DNA of 64,000 bases from a bacterium (GTDB lineage Bacteria > Electryoneota > JAOADG01): positions 3,712,001 to 3,776,000 of the forward strand of contig OY820579.1 of the NCBI GenBank assembly GCA_963681965.1. The letters are read 5' to 3'. The notes below the pieces were generated by a model. The model was not told where the DNA came from. It saw only the letters and a program-made list of their open reading frames with translations, and made no database searches. Of this stretch, positions 41,692-52,167 are shown piece by piece. Numbering within the stretch: the stretch's first letter is position 1; each line of letters begins with the position of its first letter. Made by a program: the position numbers and the translations under genes.

Positions 41692-44504
41692 ATGACTTTC
41701 CGCTATCGTACGCTACACCAACCCCCGCTCGCCTTCGCGACGACTCTTATCTTCGTCTTCACAATTCTTCTTCCGCAAATTTCCTACGCCGTGTCGGTAC
41801 AATCTTCGCGCCTTCCCCATCCCTTCCAATTCACCGAGAACAAAGGGCAGTGGGATAGTGCCGTGGTGTATAAATGTGAGGTGCGCTGCGACGGATTCAC
41901 TTGGTTCCTTGAACGCGATGGTGTCACCCTCGTTACGAGTGTAATCGATTCTTCTTCTTTGGTAGGGGCAACGCCGCCCCCGCTGGGGGTTCGCGAACCG
42001 CCCGTGTCCGTTAATGATTCACGATTTGATCCCAATGGTCGTATTCAATATCCCCGATTAAAATCCCACGCCCTCAAATTTAAATTTGTCGCTTCTTGTC
42101 GTTGCGAGGAACGCAGCGAAGGATCGTCCGCCGTAGGCGGAAAGCCGCAGCGAAGTGACGAAGCAATCTACTCTTTTAAAGATTCAATGATACAGGAGGA
42201 GATTACCTTCGGTGAGCCCTTCGGGATTGCTTCGCACGTTCCCACGTTCATTCCTCGCAAAGACAAATCAAGATACCAGACGCAGGCTCGGAGGCCTGCG
42301 CCACCACAGCAAAAGCGAAATGGATTGAAGCTCAAGGCGAACGATCATGGCACAACAATTATTTTCTCGGGAATGATTCGTCGAAGTGGGCATCGGATTG
42401 TCGCAACTTTACCCGCGTGGTATATCATGATGTCTGGGAAGGCATCGATGTTGAATGGTATGAGAGCAAAGGTAATCTCGAATTCGATTTCGTGGTGCAT
42501 CCCGGTGCCGACCCGAAACAAATCATGATGGTATGCGAAGGGTTGGAGGCGCCAATCGCAGGCGGAGGACGGACACTCTTGTCCGTCGACTCAGATATTT
42601 CTGTCACAAAAGGGAGTCGGACAGGAGTGTCCGACCTCCTCTTGTCGAATGAACTGTCACTCATGACTTCCCTCGGCGAACTCCGGATGTCGATTCCGGA
42701 GGCATACCAAACCAGCACGAATGGCACTCGTGGAAATGATGTCACTGCACAATTCACAATCGTGGCAGAAAATCTCTTCGCGATCGATTTGCCGAATGGG
42801 TACGATAACTCGCAGACGCTCCGAATCGATCCGCTGGTGTATAGTACGTATTTGGGGGGTGGTGGAAACGATTATGGAGATGGTATTGCTAATGATGGTA
42901 GTGGAGGAGTCATCGTTTGTGGTTGCACAAACAGTTTCGATTTTCCCGTCACAGCTGGAGCTATCGATGTTAGCTACAATGGCGCATCGGTAGGTACTGG
43001 CGACTGTTTCATCACAAGAGTGGACAGTACTTTTTCACGACTGATCTACAGTACTTTTCTCGGTGGACCGGGTGACGATCGCGCGGAAAGTATTGTCAGT
43101 GATTCTTTGGGCAATAGTACAATCACCGGATATTCCGGCTCGCAATTCCCAACTACTGCTGGTGCTTTCGATCGATCGTATAATGGTGAAGATTGCGATT
43201 GTTTCGTCGCCCGTTTAAGCAATACTGGTGCGAGACTCATATATAGCACTTATGTCGGCGGTAGCGGCTACGATGATGGGCATAGTATTCTAAATGGCGA
43301 TAGTGGAAGTGTATTTATTGGAGGCATTACTAATAGTTTGAATTTTCCAACCACACCGGGAGTATTCGATTCGGCAGAAATTGGTGGTGTATTAATACAT
43401 CTCAACGACTCGGGCTCTGGTTTATTGTATAGCACAATTATAAGTCCTATGACAAATAGTTATTCGATTACACCTGATGGATCGGGTGGAATTATCTCAA
43501 CTGGATATTGTCATTCAGGACTCCCAACAACCCCCAATGCGTTCGATACGACTTTTAATGGTGGTGATTTGGATGCATTTGTACTACGCTTGAATTCGAC
43601 CGGCTCGCAGTTGCTGTACAGTACTTATCTCGGTGGTTCCGGCGACCGTGAATGGGCAGTTGGGATTACAGGTGATGGAAACGGTAACTGTTTTGTAACA
43701 GGTTCTACTACCAGTCCCAATTTTCCAATTACAGTCGGTGGGTTTGATACAGTCTATAACGGAGGCACCACAGTTATCGGTGATTGTTTTATTTCATATC
43801 TCAACAGCACTGGATCGAATCTTTTATACAGTACTTATCTCGGTGGTTCTGGTGAGGATGCAGGTAGGGGAATCCTGTACTATGCTGATACTAGTGTTAC
43901 CATTGTGGGGGGAACAAAGGGTACTGACTTTCCAACTACAATAGGCGCTTATTCAGAATACCTTAACGGTACAGGAAACTGTTTTGTAACTCATCTTAAA
44001 GTCAATACATCTCGATTAATTTACAGCACGTATTTTGGTGGTACAGGCAGCGATGTCGCTTATGCATGTATAAAGCACAACTCTAATGGGATTATTTTTA
44101 CTGGTCTTTGCAGATCAGGCTTTCCAACGACACCGGAGGTTGGTGACACGAGTTTCAACGGGGTTACTGATGGCTTCATTGCGCGTTTGACACTTGTTCC
44201 CGACTCATCAGCCAGTACACCGGAACGATTCATACAACCATCCGGTTTCGCTTTGGCGCAGAATTACCCGAATCCTTTCAACGCAACCACTACGCTTTCC
44301 TACACCCTTCCGACCACATCTCACGTCGATCTTCGTCTCTACGACATTACCGGTCGCGAAATCACGACGCTCGTGCAGCACGAGCAGCGTGCCGGAACCT
44401 ATCGCGTGTTGCTCGATGGTTCGCGTTTAGCGAGTGGAACATATTTTGTGCGGTTACAGGCGGGAACGTTCAGTAAGACACAGAAGATTGTGTTGTTGAA
44501 ATAA
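41692..44504 (+). pseudogene. SBBP-repeat beta-propeller + CTD secreted protein with three REP-like insertions in its N-terminal domain; frame broken at the second
   Basis: FTENKGQWD in frame 1; NNYFLGNDSSKW, YHDVWEGID, IDPLVYSTYLGG repeats and QNYPNPFN...QKIVLLK in the -1 frame (open from 42216). Confidence 0.8.
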
Positions 44505-44517
44505 TTCATATTGTGAA

Positions 44518-44965
44518 GTAGGGGCGGGCTCCCACGCCCGCCCGTTCCTGTATCTTTTTTCCGTTCCCAATTCCCAACACCTACCTCCTAACACCCGTCT
44601 TTTTGGTAGCGGCGGACTTTAGTCCGCGTATTGATTTTTTAAACTCGATTTACGGGAATTGCGGACTGAAGTCCGCCGCTACCAACGGAAAAGATAGATT
44701 GCTTTGTCGCTTCGGGCGCATCCGCCAGCCGGCGGACGCCCTTCGTTCCTCGCAACGACAAATCAAGATACAGGATACAGGAGAGGTTGCCACAGCCCCT
44801 GCGGGGCTTCGCAATGACAGATCAAGATGCAAGAACGGGGGCATGCGGGGATGCCCCCCTACAATCAATACAAGAGAGGGCGTTTGCGAAACACCCCTAC
44901 GAAATAAATGAGCAGACACCCAGTACCACGCACCAAGTACAAAGAACTAACTACCAAGCACCATC
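44518..44965. repeat. REP-like cluster with a true inverted pair (44605/44660), a 5x7 element and a heptamer tract
   Basis: GTAGCGGCGGACTTTAGTCCGC...GCGGACTGAAGTCCGCCGCTAC plus five other hairpins. Confidence 0.88.
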
Positions 44966-45057
44966 ACTCCCCACACACTTCCACTGATGCATTTATCTCG
45001 CTACTTTATCTCTGACGCCGTTATCAATTTCATTGAACCCAACCAAGGACACCATCG

Positions 45058-45447
45058 ATGAAAACCACTCGCAAACCGACTGCAGCGAAACAATCGCCGA
45101 TTGCTGTGACCGACCGACCACGCGGGAGTGATCTGTATGACCGGATCTACGCCGCAGTTCGCTTAGTACCTTACGGAAAAGTAACGAGTTATGGACAAAT
45201 TGCGATCCTCGCCGGTGTGCCGGGTGCTGCACGAGTCGTTGGTTATGCGTTATTTGCATTAACACACAACGAAACCACAAATGTTCCGTGGCAGCGGGTA
45301 ATTAATCGGAAAGGGACCCTTTCCTTGCGTAAATTGGGAGAAGCCGGAGGTGTTCAACGGAAAATCCTCGAAAGCGAAGGAATCATCTTCGATAAAGACG
45401 AGCGGATCGATTGGGATCAATACGGCTGGTGGGGTCCGGAAGAATAG
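45058..45447 (+). CDS. Alkyltransferase-like protein (ATL, MGMT family without the catalytic Cys)
   Basis: VPYGKVTSYGQIA, ARVVG, PWQRV in place of PCHRV. Confidence 0.88.
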   Translation: MKTTRKPTAAKQSPIAVTDRPRGSDLYDRIYAAVRLVPYGKVTSYGQIAILAGVPGAARVVGYALFALTHNETTNVPWQRVINRKGTLSLRKLGEAGGVQRKILESEGIIFDKDERIDWDQYGWWGPEE

Positions 45448-45588
45448 CATCCAGTGGCGATGGCGGTAAAAAAATCCGATCGAACAGCGATCCGTCGCGT
45501 CACAAACCGGCTAGAATAGAGCGTTTGTAACGAAATCCATTTATAATTACTTTTTACGCGGATTTCAAATTTACCTGGGAGTACAAGC

Positions 45589-46062
45589 ATGGCACTTGGT
45601 TGGCGAAAACCCGAGTTATTCGGCAATGCCGATTTTCACGAAAAAGAAGAAGACTGGACTGCAAAGAATTTCTTTTGGCTTCCAGTCACCACTGTATTTG
45701 GTAAAATGATCGGCGTCGAAGAAGCATTTGCAAAAATGATTGGGCAAGCCTCGCGCGAAGGGGTCTCATTTATCCCCAACACCCGAATGATGCTGGAACA
45801 AGGCTCCTTCTCATCGAAGGTTCTGGTCGAAGTCGATCCACCGGATAACTACAATGCTCAAGTCATTCGCATCGACGCCGGCAAAGTATTTTCGTTTGAA
45901 GTGATCGGCGATGGCAATTCAATAAAGAAAGCAATCGAACGACATCGCGAGAAGATCGAACGCGAAGGGTACGTCGTTCAGGGTGTCTACCAGTGGTTTT
46001 TGACCAACCCACCGTGGTCGTTGACAAAATCCTCCCGAACGGTCATTTACATACGGACTTGA
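45589..46062 (+). CDS. Hypothetical protein
   Basis: GGGAG RBS; ends 3 nt before gatC. Confidence 0.7.
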   Translation: MALGWRKPELFGNADFHEKEEDWTAKNFFWLPVTTVFGKMIGVEEAFAKMIGQASREGVSFIPNTRMMLEQGSFSSKVLVEVDPPDNYNAQVIRIDAGKVFSFEVIGDGNSIKKAIERHREKIEREGYVVQGVYQWFLTNPPWSLTKSSRTVIYIRT

Positions 46063-46065
46063 TCC

Positions 46066-46401
46066 ATGGCAGAATTCAGTAAAGACGAGATCGCCAAATT
46101 GGCACAACTCGCACACCTCGAAGTTCCGGACGACGAGCTGGAATCGTTGCGCACCGACTTGAGCAAAATCGTCGGTTATGTCGACCGGATCGAGCAAGTC
46201 GATGTGACCGGTCTCGAACCGATGCAGCACCCGTTCGATGCCGAAAATGTCTGGCGGGAAGATGTGGTTGAACCGTCGCTGCCGCAAGAAGTCGTGTTGT
46301 CCAATGCACCCCATCGCGCCGGTGACTTCTTCGCATTCCCGCGAATCGTTCCGGGTAAGAAGACCGAATCGAACCGCGACGATCAGGAGGACTCCGAATG
46401 A
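46066..46401 (+). CDS. gatC: Asp/Glu-tRNA amidotransferase subunit C
   Basis: LAQLAHL, VDVTGLEP, REDVV, LSNAP...FF.FPRI. Confidence 0.92.
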   Translation: MAEFSKDEIAKLAQLAHLEVPDDELESLRTDLSKIVGYVDRIEQVDVTGLEPMQHPFDAENVWREDVVEPSLPQEVVLSNAPHRAGDFFAFPRIVPGKKTESNRDDQEDSE

Positions 46402-47141
46402 AAACCATCGGTGTTATTCCATCGCGACTAGGCGCTACCCGCTTTCCGCGCAAACCGCTCGCGATGATTGCCGGGAAACCGATGATCGTGCGGGTATTGG
46501 AACGGGCACGACTGGCGACGACACTCGATGAAATTCTGGTGGCAACCGATAGCGAAGAGATCGCCGTTGTCGTCCGCAGCGCTGGTGGTGAAGTCGTCAT
46601 GACCGATCCCGCATTGCCCAGTGGTACCGACCGTGTCGGTGCTGCAGTCAAGGGTCGGAATGGCGATTTCGTATTGTCCATCCAAGGCGACGAACCGGCA
46701 CTCGATCCTACCGCAATCGATCTTGTTGTGCGAACACTACACAGCGTCGATCATCCTGCCATCGTGACACCGGCAGTACCGCAAGCGACCGGTGAAATTC
46801 TCGAGGTTCCGTCGTTCGTCAAAGTCGTCGTGACAAATTCCGGCAATGCACTCTACTTTTCCCGCGCAGCCATTCCATTTCCGCGCAATGCCGCGCTGGG
46901 CGATGTGCCACCAGCAATGTTGCATCTCGGATTGTACGGTTATCGGCGTGACGCACTGGAGTGGTTCTGCGCGAATCCACCTTCGCCGTTGGAATTGCGC
47001 GAAAGTCTTGAGCAGTTGCGCTTTCTGGAAAATGGTTGGCAAATCCGCGTGGTTGCCACCGATCGGGTTTCGTTTGGTGTCGATACCCCCGAGGATGTCG
47101 AGCGGATTGAACTACTCATGCGCGAGCAAGGGATTGCGTGA
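46398..47141 (+). CDS. kdsB: 3-deoxy-manno-octulosonate cytidylyltransferase
   Basis: IPSRLGATRFPRKPL, SGTDR, QGDEP, ALYFSR, ESLEQLRFLE, VDTPED. Confidence 0.95.
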   Translation: MKTIGVIPSRLGATRFPRKPLAMIAGKPMIVRVLERARLATTLDEILVATDSEEIAVVVRSAGGEVVMTDPALPSGTDRVGAAVKGRNGDFVLSIQGDEPALDPTAIDLVVRTLHSVDHPAIVTPAVPQATGEILEVPSFVKVVVTNSGNALYFSRAAIPFPRNAALGDVPPAMLHLGLYGYRRDALEWFCANPPSPLELRESLEQLRFLENGWQIRVVATDRVSFGVDTPEDVERIELLMREQGIA

Positions 47142-47266
47142 TCGGCGTAGCATCGTATGCCAGCATCACATAACCGAAGACCAAGGAAACTGGTGATCCA
47201 CTCAAACAACTATCCTACCGATTGTAAAACCAATTCTTCCACTTTTCGGGTGGAAGCTCACTCGAC

Positions 47267-48442
47267 ATGACTCACACCGACACTGTTCCGCAAGCGATCG
47301 TCTCGACTAGCGCCGTGAAGCGGTTGCAGTCGGGTCATCGCTGGATTTATGCCAATGAATTTTCCTCGCCGGTCGCACAGCTTCCGGTCGGCGGAGTGGT
47401 GCGATTGGTTGCACCAAATAGCGCATTCATAGGACACGCCCATACTATTCCCCACTCGCTGATTGCCGGACGACTACTCAATCGCGACGAGCGCATTCCC
47501 GACGAAGCTTGGCTGTGCGAACAACTCGACCGATCAAAAAAATTCCGAGACATGATCGATGCCGGTTCCATCTGCCGGTTAGTCTTCGCCGAAGGGGATC
47601 TCCTGCCCGGTTTGACGATCGACCGGTACGAAAACCATTTCGTCATTCAGATTGTGACTGCTGGAATGGAACGCTGGAAGACTACGATCATCGATTGGAT
47701 CCAGCGTGAATTTCCGGTTGCATCGATTCTATTCCGCAACGATACCCCCTTCCGGAAATTGGAAGCGCTGAGTGAAGCGAACGAGATCGCTATCGGAGAA
47801 CCGTCGGAGCGGTTCGTCTGGAACGATCGCGGGGTGATGTATCAAGCGGATTTATTACATGGACAGAAGACCGGCGGCTATCTCGATCAGCGCTACAATC
47901 GCTATGAACTGGATTGGATTTCCGACGGAAAGCGCGTCTTGGATCTATTCTGTCATCATGGTGGATTCGGGTTGCGTGCAGCATTAACTGGTGCCGAGAA
48001 AGTAACTTTTGTCGATGCATCGGAGACGGCGCTGGCAATTACTGCCGAAACCGCAGCGATGAACCGGGTAGTCGACCGTTGCGAGTTCATTCGTGCCGAT
48101 ATTTTCGAGTGGCTGCAACATCACGTATCCGAGTACGATATCGTAATCTGCGATCCACCGGCGCTGATCAAAAACCGCAGCACCATGGCAGCCGGTGAAC
48201 GCGCCTATCGGAATTTGAATCACCGCGCCATGAATCGGGTCGCTCCGGGCGGGATGTTGTTCAGCTATAGTTGCAGTCATCTGATGGATAAAATTCGCTT
48301 TCGGGAATCGATCCGCGATGCGGCGCGCGGTGAACCGTGGATTGTGGTGAAAGAGCAGACGCAAGCGCCGGATCATCCGATCCTGCTGACACATCCCGAG
48401 ACCGAGTATCTGTGCGGATTGGTCTTACAAAAGATCGCCTGA
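47267..48442 (+). CDS. RlmI-like 23S rRNA m5C methyltransferase (PUA + class I SAM domain)
   Basis: GHRWIY, EGDLLPGLTIDRY, GQKTG.YLDQR, VLDLFC..GGF, DPP, SCS. Confidence 0.9.
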   Translation: MTHTDTVPQAIVSTSAVKRLQSGHRWIYANEFSSPVAQLPVGGVVRLVAPNSAFIGHAHTIPHSLIAGRLLNRDERIPDEAWLCEQLDRSKKFRDMIDAGSICRLVFAEGDLLPGLTIDRYENHFVIQIVTAGMERWKTTIIDWIQREFPVASILFRNDTPFRKLEALSEANEIAIGEPSERFVWNDRGVMYQADLLHGQKTGGYLDQRYNRYELDWISDGKRVLDLFCHHGGFGLRAALTGAEKVTFVDASETALAITAETAAMNRVVDRCEFIRADIFEWLQHHVSEYDIVICDPPALIKNRSTMAAGERAYRNLNHRAMNRVAPGGMLFSYSCSHLMDKIRFRESIRDAARGEPWIVVKEQTQAPDHPILLTHPETEYLCGLVLQKIA

Positions 48443-48476
48443 CGATCATGACCGATAAAACTTTTTCGAGTACTAA

Positions 48477-49418
48477 ATGAAACGATTGAGAATCTATCAG
48501 GACAAACGCTTCCGCGATCACCCCGCCGGCGATTCGCACGTCGAATCGGCGGATCGATTGCGTGCTGTGGAAGCGGCAATCTTCGAATCGACCGTTCTGA
48601 AAGATGCCGAATTCTCGGATGCAGTGAATGTCGACCGGAAATACCTGAATCTCGTTCACAAAGCCGAATACCTGGATCAACTCAAACAGTTATGTGACAG
48701 CTCTGCTCGGATCGAATCGGCGGAAATCGATGTTGCTCCGAAATCGTGGAATGCGGCGATGCTCGCGGCAGGTGCCAGTTCCGATGCGGTGCTCTCGCTG
48801 CTGGCAAATGAAATCGATGTCGGATTTGTCGCCCCCCGTCCTCCCGGACACCATGCCGAATCGCAAAAGTCGCTCGGCTTCTGTCTGATTAACAATGCCG
48901 CCGTTGCAGCGGTAACGGCGCTGGAAAACGGCATCAAACGGGTTGCAATCCTCGATTGGGACCTTCACCATGGAAATGGTACGCAGGAGATTTTCTGGAA
49001 CGACCCTCGCGTGCTGTTTATGAGTTTCCATCAGCGGAATCTCTATCCTAAAATTTCCGGCAATGAAGATGAAACCGGTGGACCGAATGCCCCCGGATTG
49101 ACGATAAATCGTCCACTGGAACCGGAAACCGGCGATGAGTGCATCGCAGGATTGTTCGATCACACTTTGACCCCGGCAATCACCGCATTCAAACCGGAAT
49201 TACTGATTATTTCCGCCGGATTTGATGGTCACCGCGACGATCTGCTCGGGAAACTAACTTTTACCGAAAACGGTTATATCGATATGACACGGCGGGTGTT
49301 GCAATGGGGCAATACTCTCGGCTGTGGAATTGTTTCAATTCTGGAAGGGGGCTATGCCCTCACACCACTCGCGCTCTGCACGGTTGCACATTGTGAAACG
49401 TTGCTGAAAGGAGCCTGA
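48477..49418 (+). CDS. Histone deacetylase family protein
   Basis: RPPGHHA, GFC..NN, DWDLHHGNGTQ, SAGFDGH..D.LG, LEGGY. Confidence 0.94.
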   Translation: MKRLRIYQDKRFRDHPAGDSHVESADRLRAVEAAIFESTVLKDAEFSDAVNVDRKYLNLVHKAEYLDQLKQLCDSSARIESAEIDVAPKSWNAAMLAAGASSDAVLSLLANEIDVGFVAPRPPGHHAESQKSLGFCLINNAAVAAVTALENGIKRVAILDWDLHHGNGTQEIFWNDPRVLFMSFHQRNLYPKISGNEDETGGPNAPGLTINRPLEPETGDECIAGLFDHTLTPAITAFKPELLIISAGFDGHRDDLLGKLTFTENGYIDMTRRVLQWGNTLGCGIVSILEGGYALTPLALCTVAHCETLLKGA

Positions 49419-49783
49419 TGATGGACATGATGCGCCTGGTTGGTTTACGCTACCGGGTGAAACTGGGACTACTACCGGAAGAACGGGTACTTGGCGGCGA
49501 AGTACGGATCGATATTATCCTCCGTGGCGATTTTCACGATGCCGGCACCACCGACGATATCCATCACGCGATCGATTACCGTAGCGTGGTTCAAACCATC
49601 ACAACTGAAGTCACCGGTCATGCCTTCCATCTCATCGAGGCATTTGCTGAACGGCTCGCAACAAAATTACTGGAAACCATCCAATCGATTGTGGAAGTAG
49701 AAATTACCGTTCGGAAAATTCAACCCCCGCTGCCGGTCATTATGGACGGTGTCGAAGTGACGATCTGCCGCACCCGGTCATGA
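49418..49783 (+). CDS. folB: Dihydroneopterin aldolase
   Basis: G.LPEER..G, DD....IDY, LIE..AE, V.K..PP. Confidence 0.9.
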   Translation: MMDMMRLVGLRYRVKLGLLPEERVLGGEVRIDIILRGDFHDAGTTDDIHHAIDYRSVVQTITTEVTGHAFHLIEAFAERLATKLLETIQSIVEVEITVRKIQPPLPVIMDGVEVTICRTRS

Positions 49784-50268
49784 CCCGGATCGCATTAAGT
49801 CTCGGAGGCAATCTCGGCGAGCCGATAAGAGCCATGAAAACAGCGCTTGAGCACTTGCGCGACCGTGGGATTCTCACCGACCTTACTATGTCCAGTTTTT
49901 ACCGGACTCAACCATGGGGTGGAGCCTCGGGCGACTACTTTTACAATATGGTGGTTATTGCCGAGACTGAGTGTGATATCACTCAGCTACTCACCGCCTG
50001 CCAGGATGAAGAAACGGTTGCGGGAAGAGTGCGCAATACTGTCCGCTATGCCGCGCGGACACTGGATATCGACATATTGCTGTTCGGCGATGAAACAATT
50101 TCTTCCGAGGATGTGATTATTCCCCATCCCCGAATGCATGAGCGGCGGTTTGTCTTGGAGCCACTAGCGGAAATCGCCGGGAATTGGTATCTTCCGCAAT
50201 TCGGGTGCAGTGTGGTCGAGTTATTGTATAAGTGTCCGGATGTACTGGCTGTTGCCAGAATTGTCTGA
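49780..50268 (+). CDS. folK: 6-hydroxymethyl-7,8-dihydropterin pyrophosphokinase
   Basis: LSLGGNLG, RTLDIDILLF, IPHPRMHERRFVL.PL. Confidence 0.95.
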   Translation: MTRIALSLGGNLGEPIRAMKTALEHLRDRGILTDLTMSSFYRTQPWGGASGDYFYNMVVIAETECDITQLLTACQDEETVAGRVRNTVRYAARTLDIDILLFGDETISSEDVIIPHPRMHERRFVLEPLAEIAGNWYLPQFGCSVVELLYKCPDVLAVARIV

Positions 50269-50317
50269 ATTTGTTCCGAATTTATAAAACAGAATATTGA
50301 TTTAACAACATGATAGA

Positions 50318-50971
50318 ATGCAGCGACAAGGAGCCGCTTTGAAAGCAAGATATATCGCGGTGGAAGGGGTTATCGGCGCCGGTAAGACTACGCTGGCGAA
50401 GCTGTTACATCGCCGGTTCGGTGGTCAATTGGTCTTGGAACAACACGAAGAAAACCCGTTCCTGCCAGACTTCTACCGAGATCCGAAACGGTTTGCCTTT
50501 CAAACTCAGATCTTCTTCCTGCTTTCACGTTGGCAGCAACAGCAGGAACTGCACCAGATCGACCTATTCAATAGCCGCATGACCTCCGATTATCTGTTCG
50601 CCAAAGATCAAATCTTTGCCATGTTGACCTTGCAAGAGCGGGAATTGGAACTGTACGAAAAACTCTTGATCGCCGTCGAAAAATCCGTCGTCAAACCGGA
50701 TCTGGTCATCTATCTCCAATCCTCGGTCGAACGGTTGATGTACAACATCCAGTTGCGCGCCCGCAGCTATGAAAAAGAGATGTCGGTCGAATACATCTCC
50801 AGTCTGGTCGATGCCTACAATCAATTCTTTTTCCATTACAAGGACAGTCCGTTAGTCGTGGTGAATGGCACGAAGCTCGATTTCGTCAACGATTTGGTGC
50901 AACAGGAAAAGTTGATCGATTATATCCAACAAGATCATACCGGCACCGAAATCTATCACGCGGTTGAATAG
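50318..50971 (+). CDS. Deoxynucleoside kinase (start may be TTG at 50339)
   Basis: IAVEGVIGAGKTT, NPFL.DFY, QIFFL.SR, PDLVIYL. Confidence 0.92.
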   Translation: MQRQGAALKARYIAVEGVIGAGKTTLAKLLHRRFGGQLVLEQHEENPFLPDFYRDPKRFAFQTQIFFLLSRWQQQQELHQIDLFNSRMTSDYLFAKDQIFAMLTLQERELELYEKLLIAVEKSVVKPDLVIYLQSSVERLMYNIQLRARSYEKEMSVEYISSLVDAYNQFFFHYKDSPLVVVNGTKLDFVNDLVQQEKLIDYIQQDHTGTEIYHAVE

Positions 50972-50979
50972 GATTCACC

Positions 50980-51225
50980 TTGCCGCCGACTTTTACATAC
51001 AATGTCCAGACCGAGAAGCGCGGGTGCCTCGGGGGATTGGCTTCGCTGTTTGCTGCGATCTTGGGAATGCTGGCACGGTTTATTCTAAGGCGGGTTTTCA
51101 GTATCGATATTTCGATGAAAACCAAACCAAATCGCTCTCGACAAGCAGCACCGCGATCACCTGAACCACCACCACCCCCGAAAACGCAACTTCCGGTGGA
51201 AGATGCCGATTGGCGTCCACTTTAA
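50980..51225 (+). CDS. Small hypothetical protein
   Basis: Fills the operon gap; one hydrophobic helix, Pro-rich linker, VEDADW end. Confidence 0.5.
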   Translation: MPPTFTYNVQTEKRGCLGGLASLFAAILGMLARFILRRVFSIDISMKTKPNRSRQAAPRSPEPPPPPKTQLPVEDADWRPL

Positions 51226-51257
51226 TCAATCACTTATGCGCTCACAGGAATAAATCC

Positions 51258-51641
51258 ATGGAACGAATTTCTACTCCCAATGCACCGGCAGCCGTCGGAC
51301 CCTATTCACAAGCCGTACGCTGTGGCGATATGCTCTACTGTAGCGGTCAAATTCCGCTCGATCCCGCTACCGGTCAAATTGTTCCGGGCGATACCGGCGA
51401 TCAGGCAGTACGGGTGATGGACAATCTCAAAGCGGTACTGATCAGCGCCGGAATTACCTTCTCTTCGGTGGTAATGACGACGATTTATCTGACCGATCTG
51501 GGTGATTTTTCGGTTGTCAATAAAATCTACGAAGGGTATTTTGAACCGGGTAAGTATCCTGCGCGTGTAACAGTGGAAGTGTCGAAATTACCGAAAGACG
51601 CTCGCGTTGAAATTTCGATTATTGCCAAATTGCCATCGTGA
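51258..51641 (+). CDS. RidA/YjgF family enamine deaminase
   Basis: APAAVGPYSQA, SGQIP, PAR..V.V..LP....VEI. Confidence 0.93.
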   Translation: MERISTPNAPAAVGPYSQAVRCGDMLYCSGQIPLDPATGQIVPGDTGDQAVRVMDNLKAVLISAGITFSSVVMTTIYLTDLGDFSVVNKIYEGYFEPGKYPARVTVEVSKLPKDARVEISIIAKLPS

Positions 51642-52156
51642 TGCGTTGGTTGTTACCGGTTTGTTTTTTCATGATCCTGACGGGTTCTGCTATAGCGGCA
51701 CCCGTCGCCGATTCGTTACCTCCGGCAAAGCCGTTTACGGCACCGTCGTGGGTGGCAGTACGCAGTCTGATTGTACCGGGCTGGGGTCAATATTACAACG
51801 GAAAGAAATTCAAGGCGTTGATCTTTGCCGGAACCCAAGTCAGTTTCGGACTTGGGATCATTAAGCAGGATCGGCTCTATCGCGAGAACCAGCATTACCG
51901 CGATGTGGCATGGAATTACTACAAGAATCAAGTAGGACCGTCACATCTAGTCGTCGATTCACTCGCAGCTGCCGACTATGGTGCAGTTGCGAAATTCTAC
52001 CAGAAAGATCGGAATAAGTTGATCTGGTGGAGCGCGGGTGTAATGCTGTTATCGGTTTTCGATGCATTCGTCGATTCGCATTTGCACAACTTCGATGTCG
52101 GTCCCGCCCTCGGTAAAGAGGGCGAACCGCAGGTTCAGTTGACGATCCGGTTTTAA
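51638..52156 (+). CDS. DUF5683-like membrane protein
   Basis: RSLIVPGWGQYYN..K, DAFVDSHL..FD. Confidence 0.75.
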   Translation: MMRWLLPVCFFMILTGSAIAAPVADSLPPAKPFTAPSWVAVRSLIVPGWGQYYNGKKFKALIFAGTQVSFGLGIIKQDRLYRENQHYRDVAWNYYKNQVGPSHLVVDSLAAADYGAVAKFYQKDRNKLIWWSAGVMLLSVFDAFVDSHLHNFDVGPALGKEGEPQVQLTIRF

Positions 52157-52167
52157 ATTGGTGTGAA

